A stretch of 64,000 nt of DNA. Origin: Candidatus Omnitrophota bacterium. GTDB taxonomy: Bacteria > Omnitrophota > Gorgyraeia > Zapsychrales > Zapsychraceae. Of this stretch, positions 22,989 to 31,869 are shown one piece after another (within the stretch, counting starts at the first letter, position 1; every line of letters starts with the position of its first letter). Both the position numbers and the translations under genes were made by a program. Under the pieces are notes generated by a model. The model saw nothing but the letters and a program-made list of their open reading frames with translations. It had not been told where the DNA came from and did no database searches. Where the stretch lies: NCBI GenBank assembly GCA_035292445.1, contig DATDQB010000024.1, forward strand, positions 267 to 64,266, written 5' to 3'.

Positions 22989-24464
22989 ATGAATATCAAA
23001 GGCAGTCATTTTATCATCGCTTCTTTCAATGAGGAGACGCTGAAAGTCGCCGAGATCAAAGGCTTAGGCACCTCCACCCGCATCACCAACGTGACTGAAC
23101 AGAACGTCAAAGGGGTCACGGCAGAGGAATTGCCGGGGCTTATCCAAAAGGCGTTTTTGCATTTTAAGGCCAAGCAGGCCAGCCTGCTCTACTCTATCGC
23201 GCCCACTATGCTCACGACGAAAAATATCGAGATCCCCTCGGTGAATCCCGAAGAGATCAAGTCGATCGTCAATCTCCAGGCTAGCCGCCACACGCCCTTT
23301 ACCAGGGAAGAGATCCAGATCGGTTATATCAATATCGGCGTTTATAAGAAAAATTATTCCAAGGTCCTTTTGATCATCGCCAATAAGAATGTCCTGAAGG
23401 ACCAACTCTTGACTTTCCAAAAGGCCGGGTTGAATTTTAAGAATGTTTTGTTCCCCGCGGAGGCCATCGCCGCCTTCTATGCCAGGATCCTCAAGCAAAA
23501 AGCGAAGGCAGCACCGGAGGCCGTCATTGACATTGGCAGAAACTCGACGGAATTTATCGTGATCCATAAGGGCCAGGCGATCACCACCCGCAGCATTCCC
23601 GTGGGCAAATCCCAGCTCAACAAAGAAGGCATGGGCGCCCAGACACGGCTCATCGGGGAGCTGAACCAAACCATCGAATCCTATCAGACCGAAGACATTG
23701 AGGTGCTGCCCGCCCGCTATGTTTTGACCAGCGATGATACGCAAACACAGAGTTTAAAATCCATGCTTAAGGAAAAACTGAACTGGAATGTCGACATCGT
23801 CCCCTACATCGATCACGTGAAAGTCGCTAAGCCGCTTCTTAAGCGCATGGCGACCGAATTCAGCGAAACATCCTTTCTTGATCTGGCCGCCTCCGCCGCC
23901 ATGATCAAAGAGACCAAGGTCAGCTTGGTCCCGGAAGAACTCCAGTTTCAAAAATCGATCGAAGAACAAGGGAAGGAAGTCTTTAAAGCCGCGTTATTGA
24001 GCATCCTGCTTTTGATCCTGGTGGGAGCGGCCTTGGGGCTTAAAATTTATTACAAGAGCAGCTTCCTGCAAAAATTGAAAGATGACAATGCCGTCAACCG
24101 TCAGGCGGTCGAGAAACTGGAGACATTGTCCGAGAAGACAAAGATCGTCAAAAACTTTTTAGAAACACGGATGGACAGCTTGGACACCATCTATGAGCTT
24201 TACAGCCGTATTCCCGATGAGGTTTATTTGACCAGTATCGACATGGATGAATCCGGCAATGTGAGTATTCAGGGCGTCTCCGATGTGGCTTCCATCGTTT
24301 TTAATTTAGGGACATCGCTCAAGGAGTCGGCGTTCTTTAAAAGCGTCGATATTAAATCAACGACATCAAAGAAAGACCGCGGCAAGGATGTTTCGGCTTT
24401 TGAGATCACGTTGACGATCCACTCGAGTCCGTCGGCCAATGAGCCGGCAGAACCAAAGGAGTAA
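22989..24464 (+). CDS. Pilus assembly protein, PilM-like actin-fold domain fused to a TM segment and a PilN-like periplasmic domain (GspL-like architecture)
   Basis: An AT-rich putative promoter precedes it. A TM helix AALLSILLLILVGAALGL lies at about aa 335. Similarity is pattern-level only. Confidence 0.5.
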   Translation: MNIKGSHFIIASFNEETLKVAEIKGLGTSTRITNVTEQNVKGVTAEELPGLIQKAFLHFKAKQASLLYSIAPTMLTTKNIEIPSVNPEEIKSIVNLQASRHTPFTREEIQIGYINIGVYKKNYSKVLLIIANKNVLKDQLLTFQKAGLNFKNVLFPAEAIAAFYARILKQKAKAAPEAVIDIGRNSTEFIVIHKGQAITTRSIPVGKSQLNKEGMGAQTRLIGELNQTIESYQTEDIEVLPARYVLTSDDTQTQSLKSMLKEKLNWNVDIVPYIDHVKVAKPLLKRMATEFSETSFLDLAASAAMIKETKVSLVPEELQFQKSIEEQGKEVFKAALLSILLLILVGAALGLKIYYKSSFLQKLKDDNAVNRQAVEKLETLSEKTKIVKNFLETRMDSLDTIYELYSRIPDEVYLTSIDMDESGNVSIQGVSDVASIVFNLGTSLKESAFFKSVDIKSTTSKKDRGKDVSAFEITLTIHSSPSANEPAEPKE

Positions 24465-25017
24465 TGCGTTGATCCAAAAGTTTGTATCAGGTTTATCGGA
24501 AAAAGAACGGAAAGTCTTCTACATCACCGTCTTGTTTGTTTCCTTGGCTTTGTTCGATCGGTTGTTTATCGGGCCTGTTCTCTCGCACCTGGAGCGGCTG
24601 GATCTGGAGATCGAGAAGCAGAAAGTGGATATTCTTCGGGACCGCCGGTTCCTTGCCTATCAGGACCGTATAAAAAAAGAAAGCGAGATTTTCAGCAAAT
24701 ATTTTTCCGCAGCCGTTCCGGATGACGACGTCGTTAACGCGCAGTTCTTGAGTTTGATCGAAAAATTGGCCACCCTCGGCAAGGTCAGCCTTATCAAAAG
24801 CAACCCTTCCCACACCAACAAACAGGAATTGTTCAACGAATATTTCGCCAGCGTTGACTGCAACGGAAATCTGGAAGACGTCATCTCCTTCATGCATACG
24901 ATCAACACGACCGAAGAACTTCTGAAAGTCACCAAGTTTAACATGTCGCCCCGGCGCGGTGGAAGTGAGAACGAAGTGAAGGTGTCCATGTCCGTCGTCA
25001 AATTGATCTCTCATTAG
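24439..25017 (+). CDS. PilO/GspM-like bitopic protein
   Basis: Short cytoplasmic N-terminus, one TM, a coiled coil and a C-terminal domain. Overlaps the previous gene by 26 nt. Confidence 0.4.
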   Translation: MSRQNQRSNALIQKFVSGLSEKERKVFYITVLFVSLALFDRLFIGPVLSHLERLDLEIEKQKVDILRDRRFLAYQDRIKKESEIFSKYFSAAVPDDDVVNAQFLSLIEKLATLGKVSLIKSNPSHTNKQELFNEYFASVDCNGNLEDVISFMHTINTTEELLKVTKFNMSPRRGGSENEVKVSMSVVKLISH

Positions 25018-25046
25018 TCTCGTTCTTATCAGGGCCTCGAATACAA

Positions 25047-25907
25047 ATGATCAAGCGTTTATTTATTACGAGCACGCTTTTTTGTCTTATTTCCCTCGAT
25101 GCAGCTTTGGCCAATCCTATCCAGGATAAATACGGCGAGGCCATGGCCGCCTTAAGGAACCAGGAATACCAAAAAGCGGTTGAGCTTTTCGAGGAAACGC
25201 TAAAGCTGAATTCCCGATTCGCCCAGCCTTATAATTTTATAGCCATGGCCAAAAAAGAGCTTAGGGCCGACCCGAAAGAGGTCATCGAGCTTTTGAAAAA
25301 ATCCATCGACATTGACCCCAATTTTGCGCTGGCCCATGACAATCTGGGAAAGATGTATTACGGCGAAGGCGAGTTTCAGTTGGCCAAAGAACACGCCCAA
25401 AAGGCCGTTGACTTGGACCCCGCCTTGGTAACGGCGCGTTTGTCCCTGGCGTGGATATGTTTGTTGGGTATGGGGGAAACGGGGGAAGCGATCGAGCAAT
25501 TTGAGGAAGCCATCGCCATTCAAAAGACCGATTACGGGCAGTTCGGGCTGGGCATGGCTTATTTTATGGACCACCAGCGCGGCAAAGTGTTGGAGATGAT
25601 CACCGGTCTTCGCCTGGAGGGGAACGAAAAGTTGGCGACGGATCTGGAAAAGATGATCAGGGAAGGCCACTATTTGCCTCCCAAAGGCCTTCAATCGGTA
25701 TTGGCCCCGCGAACGGCCGCAAAAGAAGAAGAGGCGCCTGCCGAGGAACCCGCTATAGAGAATATCAAGTATCCTGTCCGTTTAAGCGGCCGGCTGGATG
25801 AGAGCCAGTCATCGATGGCGGCAGAACCGGCCCCGAATGCGATGACGGCCGCCGAGCGCATCCGCCAGCTTCAGCGAAATTATATAGATCAAGGCCCTGG
25901 TTATTGA
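25047..25907 (+). CDS. Secreted tetratricopeptide-repeat protein
   Basis: Signal peptide ending ALA-NP and several TPR-like 34-mers (AxxxxxLGxxYxxxGxxxxAxxxxxxA). Confidence 0.6.
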   Translation: MIKRLFITSTLFCLISLDAALANPIQDKYGEAMAALRNQEYQKAVELFEETLKLNSRFAQPYNFIAMAKKELRADPKEVIELLKKSIDIDPNFALAHDNLGKMYYGEGEFQLAKEHAQKAVDLDPALVTARLSLAWICLLGMGETGEAIEQFEEAIAIQKTDYGQFGLGMAYFMDHQRGKVLEMITGLRLEGNEKLATDLEKMIREGHYLPPKGLQSVLAPRTAAKEEEAPAEEPAIENIKYPVRLSGRLDESQSSMAAEPAPNAMTAAERIRQLQRNYIDQGPGY

Positions 25908-28393
25908 AGCCCCTGCCAATCCACTTCGAACACGTAAATGTCGGTCCGGCCCGTCAGGTCGCGCTCATGCACGAAAGGTTTGATGGATTTGAGCCCCTTT
26001 CCTTCAAAGAAATATAATTTGACCAGAAGCGATTGGGCAAGGGGCCTGTCCATGAGGACAACGCCTTTGGTGCCGTTCTTCTCAAACAAAACGGCACTGT
26101 AGGGCAAGCTCGCCATGGGAAGCTTTTGTTCAATGACCTCATCATTTTTAAGGTAGAAAATGCTTTGCGGGATGCCGGTCCCGAATTGGGGGGAACCGAC
26201 GCGGCAGAGCATGGATGCCTCATCCACCGTCACATTTTCCTCGAAGAGAAACTGGTTGCCCACTTTGCCCAGCGAGGCGAGCACCCCGCTGTATTTATAC
26301 GGCCCGCCCGCCAATTTCCACAAAAACTGAATAAACTCCGGTGAACGCGCCGGAGGGACGGCCTTCAGCCGCGCAGGGTCCTGGTTAATGGCTTCGATCC
26401 CCTTGAAGTTCCACCCGGCGATAAATTTTAACTGCAGGTTATTTTCCACGAACTCATTATAGACTAGGATATAGCTCGGCGGCGGCGTGGCGTGGGTCAT
26501 GGCCAATAATCGGTTCGTTAGTTGGTAATTTTTGAACGTTTCAAGAAGGATGCCATGGGCCTCATCCCGCGGGCGAAGGGTGATATCTTTGACAGCCAGC
26601 ACCGCGGTTGCCAAATCCAAGCCTATCGCCTGGAACTGCTCGACAGCCTCGTTGCCGCTGGTATTTAACATTCGTAATATCCCGAAGGCTTCTTTCTCGC
26701 TCGGGCTTAAAAAGAAGGTGGTTATCCAGTACCCCTGGGGAACGCCGATGGACGCACCGTCAAAAGTCACCCGGCGTTTGGCGATGGCCTTGATGAAATG
26801 CCCTGGCGGCCACCAGGTGTTGACGATCGCCTCCGCCGGCGTTTTATCGCGGATCGCCACCAGCGCCTTTTCCCACGTCTGGTTAAAAATAGGGTTTAAC
26901 AGCGTTTGGACCGAACGGTTGAGCCAGCGCACGGGGATAAAAACCGTTGAAAGAAGGGCCAGTACCATGATTCCTTTGGCGATATTCAAAGGAAAATTTT
27001 TGTGAGGCATTCTGGTTAAAAGCCATGAGGCTCCTTGCCAGAGGGCCAGGACACCCAGCGCAAAGCCGAGAGAGAAGGGGATGTGGGATAACGTCACAAA
27101 ACGCTGGGCCCGCAGGGAAACGATGAGCGAAATGAGGGCATAGAGCATCAACGATATCCCTATTTCCTTTTCTCGTCGATAGGCGGGGGAGATGGAAAAT
27201 AGGAACCCAAGCAGGCAGACGCCCATGAAGAAAGGGCCGCCTAATTGCTCGGTAAGAAACGGCCAGCCGGATTCTTTTAACTCGCTCACACCGATATAAA
27301 GGTTCGGCCAGGCGGACAGCTGCGGATGGAGAAATAGGTTCAAAGCGTTCCAGCCCTCCCGGAATAAGACAAAGAATTCTTTTGTTCCAAAGAGCATAGC
27401 GATACCGACGATCGTTCCAAAGACCGGTATGAGAAAATAGGCCTGTTCTTTTGACCAGAAAGGTTTTTTAAGGGCAATATGTCGATAGGCCAAGATGAAT
27501 CCCATACTGGCGGCCACCACGCAAAAGATAAAGATCCATCCTTGCCAAAAATAGGAATAAAGGAGGATGCTTAACAGGGTTAAAAGGGAGAATGTTGCGG
27601 CCTTGTTCTTGGCGATCAACGGTCCGACGCTGTTTAAGAAAAAATACATGATGAGCAAGGGGAACAGGAATGTGTAGGGGTCATTATCGTACCAGGCGAA
27701 CATGCTGCGCTTGACGAAAATGGGGGATAAAAGAAAGAAAGTTGAGGCAACGAAGGTGCAAAGAGGGTTTAACCCCAGAAAAAAACAAAAAAGGATAAAG
27801 ACGATAAGGGTCATGGCGACCAGGACCAGCGGGGTGTAGCTGATGGCGTGCATGAGATCGATGGAGGGGCTCACGATCTTTAAAATGCGGTAGACAAAGG
27901 CGCCGACATAGGGATGAAGCGTCAAGGGTTCCCATTGCCCCTGCGGCGCCTGCATCAGAGGATGGAAATATTTACTCCCCCTTATTTGATCGCTGATCTT
28001 TCCGGTGGATAGAATATGTTCGGTCAATCCGTAATAGTAGTAACCATCCGATGCCAGAAGGTAAGGGGTGGCCCGGCCTTCCTTAATATGAGAGCCGAGT
28101 TCATGGCTAAAGCGGTCGATTGCTTCGCGCACGCTAGATCCCCTCTCGTGAAGATGTTCATCAAAAAGTTTCCTCGCCAAGATCTTTTTCTGCAGTGCAT
28201 CCAATTGCGGGAATTTCTGCTCAACCTGCTGGGTGATGTTTTGCTTGATCTGGGCGATGACGTAAACGCTGGCCAGGTCTTGGGCGCCGGAGCTTGTGTA
28301 AGTCAAAAGAGGATATAATCGAAAATACAACCCGAGCGCGAGGCTTATTAAATAAACAAGGACGTAGGGCAAAAGGCGGGAAATCTTATTCAC
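25901..28393 (-). CDS. Large polytopic membrane protein, STT3/PglB/AglB-like oligosaccharyltransferase fold, with variant motif WWPPGH in place of WWDYG (GTG start)
   Basis: 830 aa, ~13 TM helices then a soluble C-terminal domain. The first-loop motif SDGYYYYG is at 28028-28051. WWPPGH (26798-26815) is followed by R...TFDGAS, which parallels PglB WWDYGY...DGGK. Confidence 0.5.
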   Translation of the reverse strand: MNKISRLLPYVLVYLISLALGLYFRLYPLLTYTSSGAQDLASVYVIAQIKQNITQQVEQKFPQLDALQKKILARKLFDEHLHERGSSVREAIDRFSHELGSHIKEGRATPYLLASDGYYYYGLTEHILSTGKISDQIRGSKYFHPLMQAPQGQWEPLTLHPYVGAFVYRILKIVSPSIDLMHAISYTPLVLVAMTLIVFILFCFFLGLNPLCTFVASTFFLLSPIFVKRSMFAWYDNDPYTFLFPLLIMYFFLNSVGPLIAKNKAATFSLLTLLSILLYSYFWQGWIFIFCVVAASMGFILAYRHIALKKPFWSKEQAYFLIPVFGTIVGIAMLFGTKEFFVLFREGWNALNLFLHPQLSAWPNLYIGVSELKESGWPFLTEQLGGPFFMGVCLLGFLFSISPAYRREKEIGISLMLYALISLIVSLRAQRFVTLSHIPFSLGFALGVLALWQGASWLLTRMPHKNFPLNIAKGIMVLALLSTVFIPVRWLNRSVQTLLNPIFNQTWEKALVAIRDKTPAEAIVNTWWPPGHFIKAIAKRRVTFDGASIGVPQGYWITTFFLSPSEKEAFGILRMLNTSGNEAVEQFQAIGLDLATAVLAVKDITLRPRDEAHGILLETFKNYQLTNRLLAMTHATPPPSYILVYNEFVENNLQLKFIAGWNFKGIEAINQDPARLKAVPPARSPEFIQFLWKLAGGPYKYSGVLASLGKVGNQFLFEENVTVDEASMLCRVGSPQFGTGIPQSIFYLKNDEVIEQKLPMASLPYSAVLFEKNGTKGVVLMDRPLAQSLLVKLYFFEGKGLKSIKPFVHERDLTGRTDIYVFEVDWQGLQ

Positions 28394-28526
28394 GATGAAG
28401 ATTATACTCTATTTCAAAAAATCCAAATAAAGTTTTTTGATTTTGTTGGGTGCAAAGACGTTGGCAGGGCATCAGCTCCTTGATTTATCTTGTCGCTGCG
28501 TTGGCTTTCAAGTAGAATAGGGGCAT

Positions 28527-29084
28527 ATGAGCAAATTGAAAAGGCTAAGAAGGCTAAGAGTACTTATCAGGTACGGCCCCAATTTAGGCATTTTTCTTCT
28601 GTTAATTCTTCTTTTGATCGGGTTTGTCATTAAGAAAGACCCCCTTCATTACGTGAACCGAAAATATCATTACGCTGTCCAATTCCCGCAGGGATGGGTC
28701 AAAGGTTATGAAAATAAACAGGCCGTCTCCTACCACAGTGAAGAGATCATGCCGATCGCGCAAGAGCCGCATGCCGCGACGGTATTCGTCGTCAATGACA
28801 GGATGGACGGCAAGGATTTGACGGGCCATTTTGACGTGATCGTTGCGGACTTATTGGGCCAGGGCGTGCAAATATTGAATGAAGGGACGGCCGCCGTTGA
28901 TCTGGAAGAAGCGCGGTGGGTGGAATTTCGCGACGCCAACGGCTTGAATAACCACATTTGGTATATTTTCTTTATTGATGAGGAGCGGTTCATGATCATC
29001 CAGAACCGCATCTCTGTCTTGCATGTGGACAAATATAATGACGATATCGGCTATATCATCGATAACTTTTATTTCAGGCGCTAA
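28527..29084 (+). CDS. Membrane-anchored hypothetical protein, PsbP/DUF1795-like. Paralog of the 46914 gene
   Basis: N-terminal TM, then YAVQFPQGWV (compare FSIQYPREWA in the 46914 protein). Confidence 0.45.
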   Translation: MSKLKRLRRLRVLIRYGPNLGIFLLLILLLIGFVIKKDPLHYVNRKYHYAVQFPQGWVKGYENKQAVSYHSEEIMPIAQEPHAATVFVVNDRMDGKDLTGHFDVIVADLLGQGVQILNEGTAAVDLEEARWVEFRDANGLNNHIWYIFFIDEERFMIIQNRISVLHVDKYNDDIGYIIDNFYFRR

Positions 29085-29097
29085 AGGCAGACAATAG

Positions 29098-29502
29098 ATG
29101 ATAGGCGATAAACATCCGATCATTTTTTTTGACGGCATATGCGGGCTGTGTAACCGTTTTGTCGATTGGGTCATCAAAAGGGACCGTCAAAACATTTATT
29201 TTTTTGCGCCTATCCAAGGAGAGACCGCCAAAAGGTTTCTGACGCTCCTTCCGGAAGACATCAGCCAGTGGTCGATTATTTTTATTGACCATGAAGGCGT
29301 CCACCAGCGCTCAACGGCGGTGCTACGGATCTTGATCGGCCTGGGCGGATGTTGGAAAGCCATGAAAATTTTTATGCCGATGCCTATGGGTTGGCGGGAT
29401 GCTGCGTATAATTTCATTGCGCGCCGGCGCTACCGTTGGTTCGGAAAACGGGATTCCTGCCGCCTTCCTTCCGTTGAGGAGAAAGAACGGTTCCTCCCCT
29501 GA
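29098..29502 (+). CDS. DCC-family thiol-disulfide oxidoreductase (DUF393)
   Basis: IIFFDGICGLCNRFVDWV carries the DUF393 FDGxCxLC motif. Confidence 0.7.
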   Translation: MIGDKHPIIFFDGICGLCNRFVDWVIKRDRQNIYFFAPIQGETAKRFLTLLPEDISQWSIIFIDHEGVHQRSTAVLRILIGLGGCWKAMKIFMPMPMGWRDAAYNFIARRRYRWFGKRDSCRLPSVEEKERFLP

Positions 29503-29505
29503 TAT

Positions 29506-29536
29506 TTGTCCTAGTTTGTCCTATATTGTCCTAGTA
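29506..29536. repeat. Three direct copies of TTGTCCTA(G/T)
   Basis: tttgtcctag tttgtcctat attgtcctag directly after the DUF393 stop. Confidence 0.7.
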
Positions 29537-29755
29537 GCTATAAAATGAGGCTTTTTTTTAACATGTTGAGAGAATTAAACACGTTTTTTAACGTATCAAA
29601 ACACATTATTAAAAGAAAGTTCTCTCCGCACCAGTATGCTCAACACAACTTATTTCAAATGAATAGGTTATGTAGTTTTGTAATATAAGGGAATTTTTAA
29701 GGTGTTTTGGCATGGTTTTTGCTTATTATTGGCTTAGAAATAGGTACATTTAAGT

Positions 29756-29820
29756 TGTCATATTGTGTCCTATTATGTCCTATTATGTCATATTGACAGA
29801 AAATAAGTGTTGTCCTAATA
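29756..29820. repeat. Four more TGTC(C/A)TA copies overlapping the promoter of the PEP-CTERM gene
   Basis: tgtcatattgtgtcctattatgtcctattatgtcatattgacag...tgttgtcctaat. Confidence 0.7.
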
Positions 29821-29821
29821 T
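29793..29821 (+). promoter_or_regulatory. Consensus sigma-70 promoter (TTGACA-17nt-TAATAT) about 40 nt upstream of the PEP-CTERM gene
   Basis: TTGACA at 29793-29798, a 17-nt spacer, and TAATAT at 29816-29821. An RBS agggagaag precedes the ATG at 29862. Confidence 0.6.
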
Positions 29822-29861
29822 TTGATTCAATTCGTTCTATTAAAACAGGGAGAAGAAAAAA

Positions 29862-30578
29862 ATGAAAAAATTTATTTTATCAGTAATTGCTTTAACCGCT
29901 TGCCTTATTAGTTGGTCAACAAACGCACAAGCTGTGCAATATGATCTATCGCTTGTAACCGATTCGGACACTGATGGAACGGCTATTTTTACGCGTTTCG
30001 CTGAAGGCGGTCAAGGAACGGGCAATTTTGATTCATTTTTACGCGTCCAAGATACCCCACAGGAAGAAGGCTATAATACAGATGGAACGGTAGAATTCGA
30101 TACTAAAGATGATCCGCATACACATTCGATTGAGATCAGCGACATTCCGATCATTGATATTCTCGGCACTGATTATTATGAATTTGTGTTGGACGCTGCT
30201 GAGCCAGCTGGCAATACATTAGAGGTAACGGTTCTTGAAATCTATCTTCTGGGAGCTCCGAATATTACTGATTATGCAACTTGGAGCTCATTAAATACTC
30301 CAAAATATGAGCTAGCTAGCGGCGATTCAATCTTAATTGATAACATCACAGGAAATGGCGTTGCCGATTTATTCGTGTACGTCCCGACCAGCTTATTTAC
30401 TGGTACTAATACTTGGGTATATCTTTATACCGAAATGATTGTCACAGCAGGCTCGTTCGAAGAATGGGGCAGAAGGACTGGTATCGGTGATGTTCCGCCA
30501 GTCATTCCTGAACCGATGAGCATGATCCTTTTTGGAACCGGTTTAGTCGGGATTATAGTCAGAAAAAAGCTTTCATAA
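29862..30578 (+). CDS. Secreted PEP-CTERM-anchored protein (exosortase substrate), AT-rich gene
   Basis: Signal peptide. C-terminus VIPEPMSMILFGTGLVGIIVRKKLS has the PEP motif, a TM helix and a basic tail. Codon usage is visibly AT-richer than in neighbouring genes. Confidence 0.7.
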   Translation: MKKFILSVIALTACLISWSTNAQAVQYDLSLVTDSDTDGTAIFTRFAEGGQGTGNFDSFLRVQDTPQEEGYNTDGTVEFDTKDDPHTHSIEISDIPIIDILGTDYYEFVLDAAEPAGNTLEVTVLEIYLLGAPNITDYATWSSLNTPKYELASGDSILIDNITGNGVADLFVYVPTSLFTGTNTWVYLYTEMIVTAGSFEEWGRRTGIGDVPPVIPEPMSMILFGTGLVGIIVRKKLS

Positions 30579-30606
30579 CGATCGTTTAACCTACCGATCA
30601 GTTGAA

Positions 30607-30639
30607 CCCCGCTGGGTATCGCGCCTAGCGGGGTTTTTT
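30607..30639 (+). terminator. Rho-independent terminator
   Basis: ccccgct-gggtatcgcgcct-agcgggg followed by tttttt. Confidence 0.65.
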
Positions 30640-30640
30640 G

Positions 30641-30793
30641 GTTCGACGCGCTCTTCGCTTCGCTCAGAGCTTGTCCCTCGACTCTGCTCGGGATCCTTCG
30701 AGGGATCCTGAGCTAGCCGAAGGACTCACCATAAATTATAGCGGCGAACCACCCTGAGCGAGGCTGCCATTGGCGGCCGAGTCGAAGGGTTAC
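30641..30793. repeat. Intergenic repeat element, copy 1 (long form with a ~65-nt internal insertion)
   Basis: Shares ggttcgacgcgcTttcgctt.gctca...tcaccat...cgaaccaccctgagcgag...gagtcgaagggt with copy 54579-54667. Confidence 0.55.
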
Positions 30794-30866
30794 TACCACT
30801 TTTTCTACATATCTTTTCAATAAAATCCTTTCAATGGTATACTAATGACAATTGAAAGGATTTTTT

Positions 30867-31595
30867 ATGTCCCTTAAGTTGTCTGATCAAAGAGGGCGGA
30901 TGGCCATCATGGCCCTGGTTGTGATCGCGCTGGTGGTGGTATTCATCAGTTTTATATCCAATAAGCTCCAGCAGGAAGTCACTCAAATAGAGTCGGATAG
31001 GAAGCAAGTCCCCATCAAGGCAGCCATTGTGCCCCAACCTTCCACCCAGCCGCCGAAAACAAACCTTACCGGTCAAGTGACCCGGAAAACCATGGTGGTG
31101 CGCGGCAATGATATGATGGAGCATTGGTTCTATCAGGACGGCCAGATCATTGCCAAACAACATGTATCCAATGCGGGCGTTATCGATACGGAAGGGACCA
31201 TGCCGGAAGGCAAAGTCAAATTCGAGGATTCTTACAAACAAACCTTTGGCGAGGAATTCTATAAAGACGGCGTGCGTAACGGTTATTCAACGACCTATTA
31301 TAAGACAGGGGAGCTTAAAGAGCGCGCGTTCTATTCCAAGGGGATGCTTGTAACCAAAACGGAATTTTATACCGATGGCCGTCCGCGTTTTGAGGTCGAT
31401 TATTCCGATTCCAGGAATCTTGAAGATAAAACGGAAGTTGGCGTTGGCAAACTGTATTGGTCCAATGGTTTTTTAAAGTATGAGTGGAACCTGACGAACC
31501 GGGACCCGATCGGGTTCAAGAAGTCCTATAATCAGGACGGGGCCCTGCGGCATGCCGTATATTTTGATGAATATAATAATATTGTTGAGCGGTAA
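30867..31595 (+). CDS. Membrane-anchored MORN-repeat-like protein (YwqK-like)
   Basis: The track start at 30852 is TTG, so I used ATG 30867. N-terminal TM, then repeated Y-x-x-G motifs (YKDGVRNGYSTTYYKTGELKERAFYSKGMLVTKTEFYTDG). Confidence 0.55.
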   Translation: MSLKLSDQRGRMAIMALVVIALVVVFISFISNKLQQEVTQIESDRKQVPIKAAIVPQPSTQPPKTNLTGQVTRKTMVVRGNDMMEHWFYQDGQIIAKQHVSNAGVIDTEGTMPEGKVKFEDSYKQTFGEEFYKDGVRNGYSTTYYKTGELKERAFYSKGMLVTKTEFYTDGRPRFEVDYSDSRNLEDKTEVGVGKLYWSNGFLKYEWNLTNRDPIGFKKSYNQDGALRHAVYFDEYNNIVER

Positions 31596-31839
31596 AATGG
31601 GCTTAAGGAAACGAAATTGGCTTTTTGGCACACGATATTCTATACTTAAAATGAGACGTAAAAAGCAATTTGACGATAAGGGCAAACCAGGAGTAATCCT
31701 GGGACGCAAAACTATCCCGACGTTTTCTCAGAACGAATTAAGAGGAAGTCGGGACCCCGACCGAAGCGTCGGGGCAGGGTCCTTAAACAAGGATAGCCAG
31801 GTGCCGAATCAAATGTTAAGAAAGATCACATATGAGATG

Positions 31840-31869
31840 GCCTATTCTGTTTAAGAATAGGCTTTTTTT
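31840..31869 (+). terminator. Perfect 9-bp hairpin plus a T7 tract ending 1 nt before the pilin start codon (terminator or attenuator)
   Basis: gcctattct-gttta-agaataggc-ttttttt-A-ATG(31870). Confidence 0.5.

Noticed and set aside
22008-25694. Minus-strand ORFs inside gspK, pilM, pilO and the TPR gene (for example 23064-23744 minus, 24493-25014 minus, 25200-25694 minus)
   Set aside because: They are antisense to coherent pilus-cluster genes and lack start context.
31552-31854. 100-aa ORF in the pilin leader region
   Set aside because: Its start lies inside the MORN gene and it has no RBS. The region is better explained as a structured non-coding leader.
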